From positions 294,717-322,902 of IMG/VR virus record IMGVR_UViG_3300035698_018106: a DNA stretch of 28,186 nucleotides. The stretch is one strand, 5' to 3'. The notes beneath the pieces were generated by a model, which was not told where the DNA came from, did no database searches, and worked only from the letters and a program-made list of their open reading frames with translations. Positions 24,268-28,186 of this stretch are shown piece after piece. The translations under genes and the position numbers were made by a program. This DNA is from a virus. How positions within the stretch are numbered: the stretch's first letter is position 1; each line of letters opens with the position of its first letter.

Positions 24268-24326
24268 GTAAATATAATTAATATTACTATAACAGAAAAA
24301 TATTAAAAGTTAAATAAAGTTAAAAT
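24268..24326 (-). promoter_or_regulatory. degenerate cassette k (AGTTAA-N4-AGTTAA)
   Basis: AAATATAATTAATATTACTATAACAGAAAAATATTAAAAGTTAAATAAAGTTAAAA. Confidence 0.35.
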
Positions 24327-25294
24327 GATTTATTTACATCTATTTTTCTTTCAAAAGATAGTAAAGCGTTTTTAATATATTCATGAGGATATTCATTACC
24401 TTCGAAAATAATAGCAGATTGTTTTGGGAACATGTAATTATTAACATACATTAATGCTTTTATGTTTTGTTTAACAGCTCCTAAACATATCTCTTCAGTT
24501 TGTTCTTTAACATAACGTAATGTTTCTCCATCTTGTTTAACAGCAGCTAAACATATCTCTTCAGTTTGCTCTAATATATATTGTAATGTATTACCATTTT
24601 GTTTAACAGCTCTTAAACACATCTCTTCAGTTTGCTCATTAACAAATTGAAATGCATTACCATTTTGTTTAACTGCTTCTAAACATATTTCTTCAGTTTG
24701 CTTCTTAACATAACGTAATGCATAACCATTCTTTCTAACAGCAGCTAAACATATCTCTGGAGTTTGCTCATTTACAAAACGTAATGCATAACCATTCTTT
24801 CTAACAGCTTCCATACACATCTCCTCAGTTTGCTCAATTTGCTCATTAACATATTTTAATGCATAACCATTCTTTCTAACAGCTTCTAAACAAATCTCCT
24901 CAGTTTGCTCTTTAACATAGTATAATACAAATCCATGTTGTCTAACTACTTCTAAACATATCTTTTCAGTTTGTTCTTTAACAAATTGAAATGCATTACC
25001 AATTTCTTTAACTGCTTCTAAACATATCTCTTCAGTTTGTTCTTTAACATATTGTAATGCTAAACCATTCTTTCTAACAGCTTCCATACACATCTCCTCA
25101 GTTTGCTCATTTACAAAACGTAATGCTTCATTATGTTGTTTAACAGCTGCTAAACAAATCTCTGGAGTTTGTTCCTTAACAAATTGTAATGCGTTACCAT
25201 CTTGTTTAACAGCTTCTAACGCTTCTTCACCAGTTAAATTACACTTGTTCTTTAACTTATCATACTTACATTTATAATCTTTCAAATCTTTCAT
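24320..25294 (-). CDS. 22-aa tandem-repeat protein (DUF4116-like), paralog 3, longest (324 aa)
   Basis: about 12 repeats; divergent C-terminal tail; its stop lies inside cassette k; preceded by cassette l. Confidence 0.6.
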   Translation of the reverse strand: MKDLKDYKCKYDKLKNKCNLTGEEALEAVKQDGNALQFVKEQTPEICLAAVKQHNEALRFVNEQTEEMCMEAVRKNGLALQYVKEQTEEICLEAVKEIGNAFQFVKEQTEKICLEVVRQHGFVLYYVKEQTEEICLEAVRKNGYALKYVNEQIEQTEEMCMEAVRKNGYALRFVNEQTPEICLAAVRKNGYALRYVKKQTEEICLEAVKQNGNAFQFVNEQTEEMCLRAVKQNGNTLQYILEQTEEICLAAVKQDGETLRYVKEQTEEICLGAVKQNIKALMYVNNYMFPKQSAIIFEGNEYPHEYIKNALLSFERKIDVNKSF

Positions 25295-25310
25295 TATGTT
25301 TTTGTTTTAA

Positions 25311-25380
25311 ATTTATAATAGTTAAATATAACCAAATAGGTTGATAATAAAAAATATTAAATGTTAAAAGATGTTAAAAA
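25311..25380 (-). promoter_or_regulatory. promoter cassette copy l
   Basis: TTAAATATAACCAAATAGG...AAAAAATATTAAATGTTAAAAGATGTTAAAA. Confidence 0.45.
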
Positions 25381-25489
25381 ATTAATATTTTAGAATGAGG
25401 CAAGTTGGAGTATACTCTCTAAGAAGTGTGTGAAATAAAAAAGCTTCTAACCCTTTTGCTTAATAAGCTATTACGTATTTATAAACGTC

Positions 25490-25516
25490 TTAAGAGCTTC
25501 GTAATAAGGCTCTTAA
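25490..25516 (-). terminator. hairpin (TTAAGAGC-loop-GCTCTTAA) 17 nt after a gene stop
   Basis: 8-bp perfect stem; no T-run. Confidence 0.25.
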
Positions 25517-25532
25517 AACTGGATGTATATAA

Positions 25533-25802
25533 TTAAAACCTTTCTTTTCTGATAATATTGATTCCATTGGGTTGAAAGTTACTACATATGAGAATAGATT
25601 GTACTTCAAATGTAGACCAATTTAAATCAAAAGCAGTATCCATTATGGAAGGTACCCATGATTCTGGATAATCAGATTTTAGTATAATTATTATAGGAGC
25701 CTTTTTAGATTCCGATAACAAAATGAAACCTTTTGGTTTAGATTCTACTTTATTAAGCGCATTAAGTAGATCATCGAATTTTTTTTCGTTAGTGTTTACC
25801 AT
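25533..25802 (-). CDS. hypothetical protein (89 aa)
   Basis: ATG start; hairpin 17 nt downstream. Confidence 0.45.
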   Translation of the reverse strand: MVNTNEKKFDDLLNALNKVESKPKGFILLSESKKAPIIIILKSDYPESWVPSIMDTAFDLNWSTFEVQSILICSNFQPNGINIIRKERF

Positions 25803-25810
25803 AATAATTT

Positions 25811-26080
25811 TTATTGTTTGTTAAAGAATTCAACAAGTTCTTCAGTATCCATTAAGTAATCTCCTTCACATATATAGATAGATTTAATATCATTTACATG
25901 AATGATAAATTCTCCACCGTACCACCACATTGTAATAGTGTGTGTATTTCTAGATCTTATTTTAGAGTTAATTGTTACTCTGCTTTCATTAGGATAAGCA
26001 TCAACAGCTATATTATCTCCAACTTTGATATCATTAAAATCAATTTTTTCCATAGTGTGTGATTTAGTCTTCGTTATCAT
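25811..26080 (-). CDS. hypothetical protein (89 aa)
   Basis: ATG start; 17-nt overlap with the upstream gene. Confidence 0.45.
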   Translation of the reverse strand: MITKTKSHTMEKIDFNDIKVGDNIAVDAYPNESRVTINSKIRSRNTHTITMWWYGGEFIIHVNDIKSIYICEGDYLMDTEELVEFFNKQ

Positions 26081-26318
26081 TGTTAATCCATTCCATAATA
26101 ATTTCTACATTCTCATCTCCAACAAAATCATGATTGATTTGGAAATTACCTGGACCTGAGACATCTATTAAAACGATACCATAAGGATCGCCAAAGGAGT
26201 TTTCCTTTTCATCTTCAACTAGTTGATTGAATTCTTCAATTGCAGATTCCTTGTAAGAATTGTCACCATAGAACTTAATGTTCGTATAATCCGCTGTATT
26301 AACTACGATTGCTAACAT
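26064..26318 (-). CDS. small acidic protein (84 aa)
   Basis: first gene after cassette copy m. Confidence 0.45.
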   Translation of the reverse strand: MLAIVVNTADYTNIKFYGDNSYKESAIEEFNQLVEDEKENSFGDPYGIVLIDVSGPGNFQINHDFVGDENVEIIMEWINNDNED

Positions 26319-26334
26319 AATGTTTTTGTTTTAA

Positions 26335-26403
26335 ATTTATAATAGTTAAATATAACTAATTTTACTATAAGAGAGCAATGTTAAATGTTAAAAGTTGTTA
26401 AAT
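26335..26403 (-). promoter_or_regulatory. promoter cassette copy m
   Basis: TTAAATATAACTAATTTTACTATAAGAGAGCAATGTTAAATGTTAAAAGTTGTTAAA. Confidence 0.45.
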
Positions 26404-26469
26404 GTATATAGTGACATTTAGTGATATGTATTTAAAGAGATGTATATACATATTAACCAGACTGTAGTG

Positions 26470-26506
26470 ATAAAAAAATCCTATCTAGAGTTACCCAGAT
26501 AGGATT
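26470..26506 (-). terminator. intrinsic-terminator-like hairpin + T-run (AATCCTATCT-loop-AGATAGGATT then TTTTTTT)
   Basis: 10-bp perfect stem 20 nt after the membrane-protein gene stop; 7 T in the gene sense. Confidence 0.5.
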
Positions 26507-26526
26507 TTGAATTTTTTCTTATAATA

Positions 26527-26820
26527 TTATTTCTTTGGTTTTGTTATAGATTGTCTACTTAGTATACCAATGAGCCATATTAATCCAATACAGACTAAAT
26601 AAGGCAGACTTGATGGTAGAGTACCATTAGAGACTAAAGTTGGTAACACAGTAGGTATTACAAATGGCCATAGAAAGAATAGAATAATTCCTGAAATAAT
26701 AGATTTGAATAAAATACCGAAAATGGATAAACATACTCCCCAAATAATACCTAGTCCTATTGCCAATGTCCCCCAAATAAAACTAAAAAACATGCCTAAA
26801 AGTCCTACAATTGTTCTCAT
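26527..26820 (-). CDS. small polytopic membrane protein (3-4 TM helices)
   Basis: 97 aa, almost entirely hydrophobic helices with a KPKK tail; preceded by a type-2 cassette; terminator hairpin 20 nt downstream. Confidence 0.5.
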   Translation of the reverse strand: MRTIVGLLGMFFSFIWGTLAIGLGIIWGVCLSIFGILFKSIISGIILFFLWPFVIPTVLPTLVSNGTLPSSLPYLVCIGLIWLIGILSRQSITKPKK

Positions 26821-26855
26821 ATACGTTTGTTTTAATTATTAATTATAAATAGAGA

Positions 26856-26890
26856 TTAAAAATAACCAAAAAGATTGGGATAAAAAAGTT
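26856..26890 (-). promoter_or_regulatory. type-2 cassette (core + GGGATAAAAAA)
   Basis: AAAAATAACCAAAAAGATTGGGATAAAAAAGTTT about 40 nt upstream of ATG 26820. Confidence 0.4.
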
Positions 26891-27182
26891 TAATTTAAGT
26901 TTTAATAAGTTATTTTTAAGTGCCGGAGAATTCAATAGAGTAGAAATGATATAGTAATATAAGTAGAAAATTGCCCATTCATCCCTTAGGGGGATATATC
27001 ACATTCAGTTTTTAGTTGATTGGTATTATGTATTTTAGAAAAAGACATAAAAAAACTCCTACTAATCTATATAAAGATTAATAGGAGAAAAAACTAGGTA
27101 AATATTGCAACGATTAATTTTATTTTTGTCCACCTTTTAATAGAGCATCGAATCGAACGATATTTGGTGATAGTTGTTAACC

Positions 27183-27204
27183 AGGGGAATTACGCCCCAC
27201 CCCT
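27183..27204 (-). terminator. GC-rich hairpin (AGGGG-loop-CCCCT) about 8 nt after a gene stop
   Basis: the only G/C-only stem in the window; no T-run. Confidence 0.2.
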
Positions 27205-27211
27205 ATATCTT

Positions 27212-27580
27212 TTATACTTTGAAAGATGTTCTTTGTTTATATTTAGAAATATGTTCTGTTGCAATTATTAAAGCTATATCTAAATTATTAGGAATTGCAG
27301 TTTTCTTTGGATTGCCTTTATGAAAAGCAAATGAGGTTGATCTTACTTCTTGTCTTGCCCATAAATCTCCTTTACCTCTTGATAAGTTACCTTTGGTAAT
27401 ATTATAAACATATACCATTGGGTAGGGATTAGTAGTTATTTGGATAAAAGTATAGATTAAACCAAATCTAGCATCTGATCTTTCATATATTTTAAAAGTA
27501 GAAGTTTTCATAATAAATGTTCCTACCTTAGTATAATCTTCATATTGTTGTAAAGACTTTTTTACTTTAATTTTTTCCAT
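27212..27580 (-). CDS. hypothetical protein (122 aa)
   Basis: first gene after cassette copy n. Confidence 0.45.
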   Translation of the reverse strand: MEKIKVKKSLQQYEDYTKVGTFIMKTSTFKIYERSDARFGLIYTFIQITTNPYPMVYVYNITKGNLSRGKGDLWARQEVRSTSFAFHKGNPKKTAIPNNLDIALIIATEHISKYKQRTSFKV

Positions 27581-27604
27581 GATGTATATTGTTTAAATTT
27601 GTAT

Positions 27605-27668
27605 AAGATAAATATAACCATTTGCTTTAACAGTAAAAAATATTAAATGTTAAAATATGTTAAATGTT
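27605..27668 (-). promoter_or_regulatory. promoter cassette copy n
   Basis: ATAAATATAACCATTTGCTTTAACAGTAAAAAATATTAAATGTTAAAATATGTTAAA. Confidence 0.45.
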
Positions 27669-27733
27669 TTTAGTGATATTTAGTGCATTATAATAGTATT
27701 CTTTGAAAAAGTCTTACCATCAATCTCTACTTT

Positions 27734-28186
27734 TTATAAAAATAGATCCTCTTTAACATACTTTAATGCTTTTATGTTTTGTTTAATAGCAGCTAAACAG
27801 ATTTCTTCAGTTTGTTCTAATACATATTGTAATGCATAACCATTTTGTCTAACTGCTTCTAAACATATCGCTTCAGTTTGTTCTTTAACATATTGTAATG
27901 CAGAAGCATGTTGTTTAACAGCTTCCATACACATCTCCTCAGTTTGCTCATTTACATAACGTAACGCTTCTCCATTTTGTCTAACAGCAGCTAAACATAT
28001 CTCTTCAGTTTGCTTTTTAATAAATTGTAATGTATGACCGCTATGTTTAACAGCTTCCATACACATCTCCTCAGTTTGCTCAGTTTGCTCATTAACATAT
28101 TTTAATGCATAACCATTTTGTTTAACTGCTTCTAAACAAATCTCCTCAGTTTGTTCTAATACATATTGTAATGCTAAACCATTTTG
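27734..28186 (-). CDS. 22-aa tandem-repeat protein (DUF4116-like), paralog 4; 5' end lies beyond the window; C-terminus cut short by an in-frame TAA
   Basis: the frame stays open from 28066 to the window end (..QNGLALQYVLEQTEEICLEAVKQNGYALKYVNEQTEQTEEMCMEAV..); the conserved tail KVEIDGKTFSKNTII is in frame but 3' of the TAA at 27734. Confidence 0.5.
   Translation of the reverse strand, partial: QNGLALQYVLEQTEEICLEAVKQNGYALKYVNEQTEQTEEMCMEAVKHSGHTLQFIKKQTEEICLAAVRQNGEALRYVNEQTEEMCMEAVKQHASALQYVKEQTEAICLEAVRQNGYALQYVLEQTEEICLAAIKQNIKALKYVKEDLFL

Noticed and set aside
7491-27668. CRISPR array (the cassettes are spaced direct repeats)
   Set aside because: The repeats are about 65 bp with variable internal segments. 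Spacers are 0.3-3 kb and contain genes. Repeat orientation tracks gene starts. They are promoter cassettes, not CRISPR repeats.
19447-28186. Ankyrin-repeat annotation for the tandem-repeat proteins
   Set aside because: The repeat period is 22 aa, not 33. It lacks the ankyrin TPLH/GH signature. The consensus EQTEEICLEAVKQNG.ALQYVK fits the DUF4116-type unit instead.
1-28186. Mimivirus-type early promoter AAAATTGA / confident giant-virus assignment
   Set aside because: TCAATTTT occurs only sporadically inside coding sequence and is not positioned before ATGs. Gene size (about 0.45 kb mean), 1-11-nt overlaps, hairpin+T-run terminators and the T4-Pnk-like kinase fit a phage better. The giant-virus option is kept only as an alternative.

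Overview
This 28.2-kb window is AT-rich (roughly 25-28% GC by eye) and very gene-dense. Every credible gene (about 65 ORFs, mostly 50-320 aa) lies on the minus strand. The plus-strand ORFs in the supplied track are shadow ORFs inside minus-strand genes. I see no rRNA, no CRISPR array and no canonical tRNA.

Recognisable products:
- an atypical OmpR/PhoB-family winged-helix regulator (1271-1972)
- a T4-Pnk-like polynucleotide 5'-kinase (8160-8561)
- a LigD-type 3'-phosphoesterase (6020-6445)
- a PF01909-type nucleotidyltransferase (5394-6017)
- an HD-domain hydrolase (62-700)
- an ABC-type ATPase (8574-9293)
- a SWIM zinc-finger protein (3950-4270)
- a SEC-C-motif protein (16950-17438)
- two lipobox-type signal peptides
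- four paralogous proteins built of 22-aa tandem repeats (DUF4116-like)

Gene overlaps of 1-11 nt (including TAATG coupling), hairpin-plus-T-run terminators and the bacterial-type domains point to a large virulent dsDNA bacteriophage or related bacterial mobile element. Its host would have to initiate translation without Shine-Dalgarno sequences, because no SD is visible upstream of the genes. A giant-virus (NCLDV) origin cannot be excluded, since DUF4116-like repeat proteins and SD-less genes also occur there.

The most striking non-coding signal is a ~65-bp cassette repeated upstream of at least 14 genes. It has a core TAAATATAACCAAAT(T)TAC followed by a 10-bp-phased direct repeat AAATGTTAA-N4-TGTTAAA. 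A second cassette class (core + GGGATAAAAAA) precedes 2-3 genes. The encoded OmpR-family regulator is the obvious candidate to bind the direct repeats.

A ~1.9-kb island (about 21.38-23.22 kb) has mirror-image strand composition. Its left arm is almost G-free on the plus strand and its right arm is almost C-free. The two arms flank a palindrome-rich non-coding core.

All coordinates were counted by hand from the numbered listing and may be off by 1-2 nt.
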